Assembly: GCF_963921235.1 (NCBI RefSeq)
Contig: NC_086107.1
Location: 116,562,001 to 116,626,000, forward strand
From: Mobula hypostoma
Lineage: Eukaryota
Direction: 5' to 3'
Length of the DNA stretch: 64,000 bases
The notes below the pieces were generated by a model. It ran no database searches and had not been told where the DNA came from. It saw only the letters and a program-made list of their open reading frames with translations. Both the position numbers and the translations under genes were made by a program. Shown here one piece after another: positions 1 through 11,581 of the stretch (its first letter is position 1; each line of letters starts with the position of its first letter).

Positions 1-3000
1 TGGAGAATGGGAGGGGGGTGTCGGAGGTGGGGAGAGAGGGGGTGTCGGAGATGGGGAGAGGGGTTGATGGAGATGTGGAGAGAGGGGTTGATGGAGATGT
101 GGAGAGAGGGGTTGTTGGAGATGGGGAGAGGGGGTTGATGGAGATGGGGGGTGTCGGAGATGGGGAAAGAGGGGTTGTCGGAGGGAGAGAGGGGTTGATG
201 GAGATGTGGAGAGAGGGGTTGATGGAGATGGGGAAAGAGGGGTTGTCGGAGATGGAGAGAGAGGAGTTGATGGAGATGGGGAAAGGGGTTGTCGGAGATG
301 GGGAGAGGGGTTGATGGAGATGGGGAGGGGGGTGTCAGAGATGTGGAGAGGGGTTGATGGAGATGGGGAGAGAAGGTTTGATGGAGATGTGGAGAGAGGG
401 GGTGTCAGAGATTGGGGAGAGGGAGTGTCAGAGATTGGGAGAGAGGGGCCGTCGGAGATGGGGAGAGAGGGGTTGTCGGAGATGGGGAGAGGGGGGTTTT
501 GGAGATGAGGAAGAGAGGGTGTGTCGGAGATGGGGGAGAGAGGGTGTGTCGGAGATGGGGAGAGGGGTTGATGGAGATGGGGAGAGGGGGTTGATGGAGA
601 TGGGGGGGTGTCGGAGATGGGGAAAGAGGGGTTGTCGGAGATGGAGAGAGGGGTTGATGTAGATGGGGAGGGGGGTGTGTCGGAGATGGGGGAGAGAGGA
701 GGTGTCAGAGATTGGGGAGAGGGAGTGTCAGAGATTGGGAGAGTGGGGCTGTCGGAGATGGGGAGAGAGGGGTTGTCGGAGATGGGGAGAGGGGGGTGTC
801 GGAGATGAGGGAGAGAGGGGGTGTCGGAGATGGGGAGAGAGGGTTTGATGGAGATGTGGAGAGAGGGGTTGATGGAGATGGGGGTGTCGGAGATGGAGAG
901 AGGGGTTGATGGAGATGGGGAGGGGCTTGATGGAGATGGGGAGGGGGGTGTCGGAGATGGGGAGAGAGGAGTTGATGGAGATGGGGAAAGGGGTTGTCGG
1001 AGATGGGGGAGAGGGAGTGTCAGAGATTGGGAGAGAGGGGCCGTCGGAGATGGGGAGAGAGGGGTTGATGGAGATGGGGAGAGGGGGTTGATGGAGATGG
1101 GTGTCCGAGATGGGGAAAGAGGGGTTGATGGAGATGGGGAGAGGGGTTGATGGAGATGGGGAGAGGGGTTGATGGAGATGGGGAGAGGGTGTTGATGGAG
1201 ATGGGGGGTGTCGGAGATGGAGAGAGGGGTTGATGGAGATGGGGAGGGGGTTGATGGAGATGGGGTGGGGGGGTGTCGGAGATGGGGAGAGAGGGGTTGT
1301 CGGAGATGGGGAGAGAGGAGTTGATGGAGATGGGGAAAGGGGTTCTCGGAGATGGGGAGAGGGGGGTTGATGGAGATGGGGAGAGAAGGTTTGATGGAGA
1401 TGGGGAGAGAGGGGTTGATGGAGATGGGGAGAGAGAGTATGTCGGAGATGAAGACAGAGGGGTTGATGGAGATGGGGGGTGTCGGAGATGGGGAAAGAGG
1501 GGTTGTCGGAGATGGAGAGAGGGGTTGTTGGAGATGGGGAGAGGGGGTTGATGGAGATTGGGGGGTGTCGGAGATGGGGAGAGGGGGTTCTCGGAGATGG
1601 GGAGAGAGGGGTGTTGGAGATGGGGAGAGGGGTTGATGGAGATGGGGAGAGGGGTTGATGGAGATGGGGAGAGAGGGGGTGTCGGAGATGGGGGAGAGGG
1701 AGTGTCAGAGATTGGGAGAGAGGGGCCGTCGGAGATGAGGAGAGAGGGGTTGATGGAGATGGGGAGAGGGGGTTGATGGAGATGGGTGTCCGAGATGGGG
1801 AAAGAGGGGTTGATGGAGATGGGTGTCTGAGATGGGGAAAGAGGGGTTGTCGGAGATGGAGGGAGGGGTTGATGGAGATGTAGAGAGAGGGGTTGATGGA
1901 GATGTGGAGAGAGGGGTTGTTGGAGATGGGGAGACGGTTTGATGGAGATGGGGGGTGTCGGAGATGGGGAGAGGGGGTTGATGGAGATTGAGGGGTGTCG
2001 GAGATGGGGAGAGAGGGCTGTCGGAGATGGGGAGAGAGGGGTTGATGGAGATGGGGAAAAAGGGGTTGTCAGAGATGGAGAGAGAGGAGTTGATGGAGAT
2101 GGGGAAAGGGGTTGCCGGAGATGGGGAGAGGGGTTGATGGAGATGGGGAGGGGGGTGTCAGAGATGTGGAGAGGGGTTGATGGAGATGGGGAGAGAAAGT
2201 TTGATGGAGATGTGGAGAGAGGGGGTGTCAGAGATTGGGGAGAGGGAGTGTCAGAGATTGGGAGAGAGGGGTTGTTGGAGATGGGGAGAGGGGGGTTTTG
2301 GAGATGAGCAAGAGAGGGTGTGTCGGAGATGGGGGAGAGAGGGTGTGTCGGAGATGGGGAGAGGGTTTGATGGAGATGGGGAGAGAGGGGTTGATGGAGA
2401 TGGGGAGAGGGGGTTGATGGAGATGGGGGGTGTCGGAGATGGGGAAAGAGGGGTTGTCGGAGATGGAGAGAGGGGTTGATGGAGATGGGGAGAGCGGGTT
2501 GATGGAGATTGGGGGTGTTGGAGATGGGGAGAGGGGGTTGTCGGAGATGGGGAGAGAGGGGTGTCGGAGATGGGGAGAGGGGTTGATGGAGATGGGGAGG
2601 GGGGTGTCGGAGAGGGGGGAGAGAGGGTGTGTCAGAGATGGGGGAGAGAGGGGGTGTCAGAGATTGGGGAGAGGGAGTGTCAGAGATTGGGAGAGTGGGG
2701 CTGTCGGAGATGGGGAGAGAGGGTGTGTCGGAGATGGGGAGAGAGGGTTTGATGGAGATCTGGAGAGAGGGGTTGATGGAGATGGGGAGGGGGGTTGATG
2801 GAGATGGGGGGTGTCGGAGATGGAGAGAGGGGTTGATGGAGATGGGGAGGGGGTTGATGGAGATGGGGAGGGGGGGTGTCGGAGATGGGGAGAGAGGAGT
2901 TGATGGAGATGGGGAAAGGGGTTGTCGGAGATGGGGAGAGGAGGGTTGATGGAGATGGGGAGAGAAGGTTTGATGGAGATGGGGAGAGAGGGGTTGATGG

Positions 3001-6000
3001 AGATGGGGAGAGAGGGGTTGTCGGAGATGGGGGGGGGTGTTGGAGATGGGGAGAGAGGGTGTGTCGGAGTTGAAGAGAGAGGGGTTGATGGAGATGGGGG
3101 GTGTCGGAGATGGGGAAAGAGTGGTTGTCGGAGATGGAGAGAGGGGTTGATGGAGATGGGGAGAGGGGGTTGATGGAGATTGGGGGGTGTCGGAGATGGG
3201 GAGAGGGGGTTGTCGGAGATGGGGAGAGAGGGGTGTTGGAGATGAGGAGAGGGGTTGATGGAGATGGGCAGAGGGGTTGATGGAGATGGGGAGAGGGGTG
3301 GATGGAGATGGGGAGAGAGGGGGTGTCGGAGATGGGGGAGAGGGAGTGTCAGAGATTGGGAGAGAGGGGCCGTCGGAGATGGGGAGAGAGGGGTTGATGG
3401 AGATGGGGAGAGGGGGTTGATGGAGATGGGTGTCCGAGATGGGGAAAGAGGGGTTGATGGAGATGGGTGTCGGAGATGGGGAAAGAGGGGTTGTCGGAGA
3501 TGGAGGGAGGGGTTGATGGAGATGTGGAGAGAGGGGTTGTTGGAGATGGGGAGAGGGGTTGATGGAGATGGGGAGAGGGGGTTGATGGAGATGGGGGGTG
3601 TCGGAGATGGAGAGAGGGGTTGATGGAGATAGGGAGGGGTTGATGGAGATGGGGAGGGGGGTGTCGGAGATGGGGAGAGAGGGATGTCGGAGATGGGGAG
3701 AGAGGAGTTGATGGAGATGGGGAAAGGGGTTGTCGGAGATTGGGAGAGGGGGGTTGATGGAGATGCGGAGAGAAGGTTTGATGGAGATGGGGAGAGAGGG
3801 GTTGATGGAGATAAGGAGAGAGGGGTTGTCGGAGATGGGGAGGGGGGGTGTCGGAGATGGGGAGAGAGGGTGTGTCGGAGATGAAGAGAGAGGGGTTGAT
3901 GGAGATGGGGGGGTGTCGGAGATGGGGAAAGAGGGGTTGTCGGAGATGGAGAGAGGGGTTGATGGAGATGGGGAGAGGGGGTTGATGGAGATTGGGGGGT
4001 GTCGGAGATGGGGAGAGGGGGTTGTCGGAGATGGGGAGAGAGGGGTGTTGGAGATGGGGAGAGGGGTTGATGGAGATGGGGAGAGAGGGGGTGTCAGAGA
4101 TGGGGGAGAGGGAGTCTCAGAGATTGGGAGAGAGGGGCCGTCGGAGATGGGGAGAGAGGGGTTGATGGAGATGGGGAGAGGGGGTTGATGGAGATGGGTG
4201 TCCGAGATGGGGAAAGAGGGGTTGATGGAGATGGGGAGAGAGGGGTTGATGAAGATTGGGGGTGTTGGAGATGGGGAGAGAGGGGTTGGTGGAGATTGGG
4301 GGGTGTCGGAGATGGGGAGAGGGGTTGATGGAGATGGGGAGAGAGGGGTTGATGGAGATGGGGTGAGGGGTTGATGGAGATGGGGAGAGGGGGTGTCAGA
4401 GGGGGAGAGAGGGGTTGTTGGAGATGGGGAGAGAGGGGTTGATGGAGATGGGGAGAAGGGTTGATGGAGATGGGGAGAGGGGTTGATGGAGATGGGGAGA
4501 GAGGGGTTGATGGAGATGGGGTGAGGGGTTGATGGAGATGGGGAGAGGGGGTGTCAGAGGGGGAGAGAGGGGTTGTTGGAGATGGGGAGAGAGGGGTTGA
4601 TGGAGATGGGGAGAAGGGTTGATGGAGATGGGGAGAGGGGTTGATGGAGATGGGGAAGAGGGTGTGTCGGAGATGAAGAGAGAGGGGTTGTTGGAGATGG
4701 GGGGTGTCGGAGATGGGGAAAGAGGGGTTGTCGGAGATGGAGAGAGGGGTTGATGGAGATGGGGAGAGGGGGTTGATGGAGATTGGGGGGTGTCGGAGAT
4801 GGGGAGAGGGAGTTGTCGGAGATGGGGAGAGAGGGGTGTTGGAGATGGGGAGAGGGGTTGATGGAGATGGGGAGAGGGGTTGATGGAGATGGGGAGAGAG
4901 GGGGTGTCGGAGATGGGGGAGAGGGAGTGTCAGAGATTGGGAGAGAGGGGCTGTCGGAGATGGGGAGAGAGGGGTTGATGGAGATGGGGAGAGGGGGTTG
5001 ATGGAGATGGGTGTCCGAGATGGGGAAAGAGGGGTTGATGGAGATGGGTGTCGGAGATGGGGAAAGAGGGGTTGTCGGAGATGGAGGGAGGGGTTGATGG
5101 AGATGTGGAGAGAGGGGTTGATGGAGATGTGGAGAGAGGGGTTGTTGGAGATGGGGAGAGGGGTTGATGGAGATGGGGAGAGGGGTTGATGGAGATGGGG
5201 AGAGGGGTTGATGGAGATGGGGAGAGAGGGGGTGTCGGAGATGGGGGAGAGGGAGTGTCAGAGATTGGGAGAGAGGGGCTGTCAGAGATGGGGAGAGACG
5301 GGTTGATGGAGATGGGGAGAGGGGGTTGATGGAGATGGGTGTCCGAGATGGGGAAAGAGGGGTTGATGGAGATGGGTGTCGGAGATGGGGAAAGAGGGGT
5401 TGTCGGAGATGTGGAGAGAGGGGTTGATGGAGATGTGGAGAGAGGGGTTGTTGGAGATGGGGAGAGGGGTTGATGGAGATGGGGAGAGGGGTTGATGGAG
5501 ATGGGGAGAGAAGGTTTGATGGAGATGGGGAGAGAGGGGTTGATGGAGATGGGGAGAGAGGGGTTGTCGGAGATGGGGAGGGGTGGTGTCGGAGATGGGG
5601 AGAGAGGGTGTGTCGGAGATGAAGAGAGAGGGGTTGATGGAGATGGGGGGTGTCGGAGATGGGGAAAGAGGGGTTGTCGGAGATGGAGAGAGGGGTTGAT
5701 GGAGATGGGGAGAGGGGGTTGATGGAGATTGGGGGGTGTCAGAGATGCGGAGAGGGGGTTGTCGGAGATGGGGAGAGAGGGGTGTTGGAGATGGGGAGAG
5801 GGGTTGATGGAGATGGGGAGAGGGGTTGATGGAGATGGGGAGAGAGGGGGTGTCGGAGATGGGGGAGAGGGAGTGTCAGAGATTGGGAGAGAGGGGCCGT
5901 CGGAGATGGGGAGAGAGGGGTTGATGGAGATGGGGAGAGGGGGTTGATGGAGATGGGTGTCCGAGATGGGGAAAGAGGTGTTGATGGAGATGGGTGTCGG

Positions 6001-7250
6001 AGATGGGGAAAGAGGGGTCGTCGGAGATGGAGGGAGGGGTTGATGGAGATGTGGAGAGAGGGGTTGTTGGAGATGGGGAGAGGGGTTGATGGAGATGGGG
6101 GGTGTCGGAGATGGGGAAAGAGGGGTTGTCGGAGGGAGAGAGGGGTTGTCAGAGATGGGGAGAGGGATTGATGGAGATTAGGGGGTGTCGGAGATGGGGA
6201 GAGGGGGTTGTCGGAGATGGGGAGAGAGGGGTTGATGGAGAATGGGAGGGGGGTGTCGGAGGTGGGGAGAGAGGGGGTGTCGGAGATGGGGAGAGGGGTT
6301 GATGGAGATGTGGAGAGAGGGGTTGATGGAGATGTGGAGAGAGGGGTTGTTGGAGATGGGGAGAGGGGGTTGATGGAGATGGGGGGTGTCGGAGATGGGG
6401 AAAGAGGGGTTGTCGGAGGGAGAGAGGGGTTGATGGAGATGTGGAGAGAGGGGGTGTCAGAGATGAGGAGAGGGGTTGATGGAGATTAGGGGGTGTAGGA
6501 GATGGGGAGAGGGGGTTGTTGGAGATGGGGAGAGGGGGTTGATGGAGATTGAGGGGTGTCGGAGATGGGGAGAGAGGGGTGTTGGAGATGGGGAGAGGGG
6601 GTTGATGGAGATTGAGGGGTGTCGGAAATGGGGAGAGAGGGGTGTTGGAGATGCAGAGAGGGGGTTGATGGAGATTGGGGGGTGTCAGAGATGGGGAGAG
6701 GGGGTTGTCGGAGATGGGGAGAGGGGGTTGTCGGAAATTGGGAGAGAGGGGTTTATGGAGATGGGGAGGGGGGTGTCGGAGGTGGGGAGAGAGGGGGTGT
6801 CGGAGATGGGGGAGGGGTTGATGGAGATGTGGAGAGAGGGGTTGATGGAGGGGAGAGAGGTTTTGATGGAGAGGGGGTGAGAGAGGGGTGTCAGAGATGG
6901 GGAGAGAGGGGGTGTCGGAGATGGGGAGAGGGGTTGATGGAGATTGGGGGGTGTCAGAGATGGGGAGAGGGGGTTGATGGAGATTGAGGGGTGTCAGAGA
7001 TGGGGAGAGAGAGGTTGATGGAGATGGGGGGAGAGGGGGTGTCGGAGATGGGGGAGAGGGAGTGTCAGAGATGGGGAGAGGGGTTGATGGAGATTGGGGG
7101 GTGTCGGAGATGGGGAGAGGGGGTTGATGGAGATTGAGGGGTGTCGGAGATGGGGAGAGAGGGGTTGATGAAGATGGGGGAGAGGGAGTGTCAGAGATGG
7201 GGAGAGAGGGACCGTTGGAGATCTGGAGAGAGCGGTTGATGGAGATGGGG
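1..7250. repeat. G-rich minisatellite array, 20-24 bp variants of GGAGATGGGGAGAGAGGGGTTGAT / ...GGGTGTC, running off the window start
   Basis: Hundreds of visible tandem variants; very few C on the + strand. Confidence 0.97.
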
Positions 7251-7439
7251 AGTGGAGGACGGAGTGGACAGAGACAAACGTGGGGGGTAGGGAGAGTTGG
7301 TGTGAGGAGTTGAGGGTTGGAGGGGAGCGGGGAGGGTGATGTTGAGGGTTCGCTGTGAGGGTGGGTTTGGGGGGAGTTGGGGTTTACAGGGGGGGAGATG
7401 TGAGGGTGGGGTCAGGTGGGATAGAAACAAAGGTGAATG

Positions 7440-8330
7440 GAGGGAGGGGAGAACAGGAACGTCGAGCCCGGAAGGTGTATCCCTGAGTCACCATTCACCA
7501 AGCCACACAGCCCCCGTCCTACCCCTCCATCGTGTTCTGCTGGCCTAGACGGGCTGAGTGGCCGCGGGTGCTGGTGGGTTTCCAAGCCGCCGTGTATTTT
7601 GGGAAGTGCCCCCGGCATTGTCAGTGCCGGTGACCCGCCGCTGCCCGAGTTTCTCTTGGATGGGGCTGGCACCCGGAGAGTTAAATCTGAGTGTCTGACT
7701 CCGGAGGAGGGAGGGGTGAGGCCTAATTTGCGAGTCAGATTTCTCCGACGAGGGGCCTGACGTGACGTGAGTGACGTGGAGTGGAGTGAAGTGAAGTGGA
7801 GTGAAGTGAAGTGAGAGTCACCGGGCAGTGAGTTCGCGAACCTGGGAGCGGATTTCTCGGTGACTCGTTTTCCTTTGCCGGTGCGGGGTTACGGTAAGAT
7901 GCCACCCCACCCTGCGACAGTGGGCAAACTTTGCCAACGGGATCCCGTTTCCTGACAATTTCCGTCCACTCTGCGTCTCCCTCACCAACACCCGGTCGGG
8001 ATGGAAGCGGGAAGAGCAAGCAAACGCCGGGCCCTCCGGTTTCACACCCACACACAAATCACTGGAGAAACTCGGCAGGTCTGGCCCCATAGACAGTCGG
8101 TGCTTCGGGACGAGACTCCTCATCAGGACGGAGCCGTCGACTGTTGATGGCCGCCCTCGAAACTGCTTCACCTGCTGGGCATCCCTAGTGTTTCCCGCAC
8201 TGTCTCATGAGTTTACTGTTAGGTAAAATGGTTGCTTTGGCAGCCAAGAACAAACAGGGAATTTCCGTGTGGGAGACGGGAGGGAACTGCCCGGGTTTCG
8301 AGTACAATTCCCCACGCTTTCTCTGCAGCA
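7440..8330 (+). promoter_or_regulatory. Probable MVP promoter (CpG-rich island) and non-coding exon 1 ending at 7893
   Basis: The only unique, CpG-rich stretch upstream of the ATG exon. Strong donor ACG|GTAAGA at 7894. Motifs: AP-1 TGAGTCA 7484-7490; TGACGT at 7758, 7763 and 7772; kB GGGAATTTCC 8257-8266. The ATG exon begins with an acceptor, so an upstream exon is required. The TSS cannot be determined. Confidence 0.65.
8049..8195. mobile_element. Degenerate fold-back element derived from Penelope-like termini
   Basis: Arms cacacacaaatcactggagaaactcggcaggt / acctgctgggcatccctagtg and inner acagtcgg / tcgactgt; resembles the better-preserved copy at 22830-22965. Confidence 0.55.
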
Positions 8331-8399
8331 GAAGACGTGTTGGAGTAGAATTTTGCAGATTGACAGGGAGCAAGTTTGTTTTATTAGTCAAGACGCTGA

Positions 8400-9375
8400 G
8401 GGCAATAGTTGGAAAGATAAACTGCAGTTTTATAAATCTCTAACTAGGCTGCATCTGGAGTATTGCATATGGTTCTGGTCGCCGCCCCCTCCCCCCATTA
8501 TAGGAAGAGAGGAAGGGTGCGGGGGCTTTGGACAGGGTCTGGGGGGCTTTGGAGAGGGTCTGGGGGGCTTTGGAGAGGGTCTGGGGGGCTTTGGAGAGGG
8601 TCCGGGGGCTTTGGACAGGGTGCCAGAGCTTTGGAGAGGGTCTGGGGGGCTTTGGACAGGGTGCTGGGGCTTTGGAGAGGGTCTGGGGGGCTTTGGAGAG
8701 GGTGCGGGGGCTTTGGAGAGGGTCTGGGGGGCTTTGGAGAGGGTGCGGGGGCTTTGGAGAGGGTGTGGGGGGCTTTGGACAGGGTGCTGGGGCTTTGGAG
8801 AGGGTGCGGGGGCTTTGGAGAGGGTGCGGGGGCTTTGGAGAGGGTCTGGGGGGCTTTGGACAGGGTGCTGGGGCTTTGGAGAGGGTGTGGGGGCTTTGCA
8901 GAGGATGTCGGGGCTTTGGAGAGGGTTCAGAAGAGGTCAGCAGGATGCTGTCTGGGTTTGAGGGCCTGAGCTGGAAGGAGAGGTTGGACAAATATGGGTT
9001 GTTTTCTCTGGAGGACGGAGGTTGAGGGCAGATCTAATCGAGGTTTGAGATCTGGAGGAGCACTGGCAGAGTAGAGAGGGAGTATCTTTTACCCCACAAT
9101 GGAGAACTCTAATACCAGAGGACATGCATTGAAGGTGGGGGGGGGGGTAATTTCAAAGGGGATGCAAGGGCAGGTTTATTCCCATGGAGTGGTGGGTGCC
9201 TGGGCTGGGGTAGGGGCAGAACCATTAGGGACGTTTGGACAGGCACGTGAGTGTGAGGGAAATGAAAGGATATGAACATTGTGTCGGCACAGCCGATTAC
9301 TGTAGTTAGCCAATTGATTATTAATTTAATTGGTTCAGTACAACATTTTGGGCTGATGGGTCTGTTCCTATGCTA
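8400..9375 (+). mobile_element. CR1-type LINE 3' fragment with an internal 20/21-bp minisatellite (about 8514-8925)
   Basis: LQFYKSLTRLHLEYCIWFWSP, then (gggggctttggagagggt..)n, then RMLSGFEGLSWKERLDKYGLFSLE and a CR1-type 3' end. Confidence 0.88.
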
Positions 9376-9590
9376 AGTAGGCCACTCGGCCCATCGAATC
9401 TATTCTGCCAGTCCATCATGGCTGATTTATTATCTCTCTCAGCCCCACTCTCCTGCCTTCTCCCCGTAAACTTTAACACCTTGACTAGCAAAGAACACAT
9501 CCCCTTCCACTTTAACTATACCCAATGAGATGCCCCACAGCCATCCACAGATTCACCAGCCTCCGGCCAAAGACATTCTAATCCTCTTGA
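9376..9590 (-). mobile_element. CR1-type 3' UTR/tail fragment
   Basis: agtaggccactcggcccatcga...catggctgattt...cctgccttctccccgta, the same family as the tails at 53290-53400 and 61878-62033. Confidence 0.7.
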
Positions 9591-9624
9591 AATGAATGCA
9601 AACATTGCATTTGCATTCCCCACC

Positions 9625-10875
9625 GGGGAGAGCAGAGGGAGGGAGATGGGGAGGGGTGTAGGGGAGGGAGCGAGGGAGTCGGGAAGGGGTGTAGGGGAGG
9701 GAGCGAGGGAGACGGGGAGGGGTGTAGCAGAGGGAGTGAGGGAGACGGAGAGTTGTGTAGGGGAGGGAGCGAGGGAGACGGAGAGTTGTGTAGGGGAGGG
9801 AGCGAGGGAGACGGGGAGGGGTGTAGGGGAGGGTGCAAGGGAGATGGGGAGTTGTGTAGGGGAGGGAGCGAGGGAGTCAGGGAGGGGTGTAGGGGAGGGA
9901 GCGAGGGAGATGGGGAGGGGTGTAGGGGAGGGAGCGAGGGAGTCAGGGAGGGGTGTAGGGGAGGGAGCGAGGGAGATGGGGAGGGGTGTAGGGGAGGGAG
10001 CGAGGGAGTCAGGGAGGGGTGTAGGGGAGGGAGCGAGGGAGATGGGGAGGGGTGTAGGGGAGGGAGCGAGGGAGTCAGGGAGGGGTGTAGGGGAGGGAGC
10101 GAGGGAGATGGGGAGGGGTGTAGGGGAGGGAGCGAGGGAGTCGGGGAGGGGTGTAGGGGAGGGAGCGAGGGAGACGGGGAGGAGTGTAGGGGAGGGAGCG
10201 AGGGAGACGGAGAGTTGTGTAGGGGAGGGAGCGAGGGATACGGGGAGGGGTGTAGGGGAGGGAGCGAGGGAGATGAGGAGGGGTGTAGGGGAGGGAGCAA
10301 GGGAGACGGGGAGGGGTGTAGAGGGAGCGAGGGAGACGGAGAGTTGTGTAGGGGAGGGAGCGAGGGAGACGGGGAGTTGTGTGGGGGAGGGAGCGAGGGA
10401 GACGGAGAGTTGTGTAGGGGAGGGAACGAGGGAGTCAGGGAGGGGTGTAGGGGAGGGAGCGAGGGATACGGGGAGGGGTGTAGGGGAGGGAGCGAGGGAG
10501 ATGAGGAGGGGTGTAGGGGAGGGAGCGAGGGAGACGGGGAGGGGTGTAGAGGGAGCGAGGGAGACGGAGAGTTGTGTAGGGGAGGGAGCGAGGGAGACGG
10601 GGAGTTGTGTGGGGGAGGGAGCGAGGGAGACGGAGAGTTGTGTAGGGGAGGGAACGAGGGAGTCAGGGAGGGGTGTAGGGGAGGGAGCGAGGGAGACGGT
10701 GAGGGGTGTAGGGGAGGGTCGAGGGAGTCGGGGAGGGGTGTAGGGGAGGGAGTGAGGGAGACGGGGAGGGGTGTAGAGGGAGCGAGGGAGACGGAGAGTT
10801 GTGTAGGGGAGGGAGCGAGGGAGACGGGGAGTTGTGTGGGGAGGGAGTGAGGGAGACGGGGAGTTGTGTGGGGAG
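9625..10875. repeat. 33-bp purine-rich minisatellite (GGGGAGGGAGCGAGGGAGACGGGGAGGGGTGTA)
   Basis: About 38 tandem copies; the 33-bp unit explains the long spurious ORFs; a 228-bp higher-order duplication is visible (gggatacg at about 10235 and 10463). Confidence 0.95.
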
Positions 10876-11410
10876 GGAGGGGTTGATGGAGATGGGGAGG
10901 GGTGTAGGGGAGGGAGGGGTTGATGGAGATGGGGAGGGGTGTAGGGGACGGATGGTGATGGAGATGGGGAGGGGTGTAGGGGACGGATGGTGACGAGGAG
11001 GGGTGTTGGGGACGGATGGTGACGGAGACGGGGAGGGGTGTAGGGGACGGACGGTGATGGAGATGGGGAGGGGTGTGGGGGACGGATGGAGATGGAGACG
11101 GGGAGGGGTGTGAGGGACGGATGGTGACGGGGAGGGGTGTGAGGGACGGATGGTGACGGGGAGGGGTGTAGGGGACGGATGGTGACGGAGACAGGGAGGG
11201 GTGTAGGGGACCGATGGTGATGGAGACAGGGAGGGGTGTAGGGGACGGATGGAGATGGGGAGGGGTGTAGGGGATGGACGGTGATGGAGACGTAGAGGGG
11301 TGTTGGGGAGGGAGGTGGTGACGGAGACGAGGAGGTGTTTAGGGGACGGATGGTGATGGAGACGGGGAGGGGTGTAGGGGAGAGTAGGGCTGATGGTGAC
11401 GAAGGAGGTG
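10876..11410. repeat. ~30-36 bp minisatellite (GGACGGATGGTGATGGAGATGGGGAGGGGTGTAGG) ending just before the MVP ATG-exon acceptor
   Basis: Visible tandem variants. Confidence 0.9.
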
Positions 11411-11459
11411 GGGAGTTGTGTTATGCTCTCTCTGCCTCTCCACCAGGTCACAGACGAGC

Positions 11460-11581
11460 ATGGCGGAGGAATCGATTATCCGCATTGCCCCCTATCACTA
11501 CATCCATGTTTTGGACCAGAACAGCAACGTGGCTCGTGTGGAGATCGGACCAAAAACATATATCCGGCAGGACAACGAGAG
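11460..11581 (+). CDS. MVP: MVP coding exon 1 (exon starts 11447; [14 protein letters not shown]...RQDNER)
   Basis: Acceptor ctctccaccag ends at 11446. Kozak context agcATGG. Donor AG|GTTGGG at 11582. Confidence 0.96.

Noticed and set aside
18..6987. Dozens of Gly/Glu/Arg-rich ORFs
   Set aside because: They are translations of a G-rich minisatellite with constant frameshifts, not genes.
7412..7672. Divergent gene exon on the minus strand at the promoter
   Set aside because: No recognisable protein similarity, the ORF starts at a non-ATG codon, and no further exons are visible in the window. It cannot be fully excluded.
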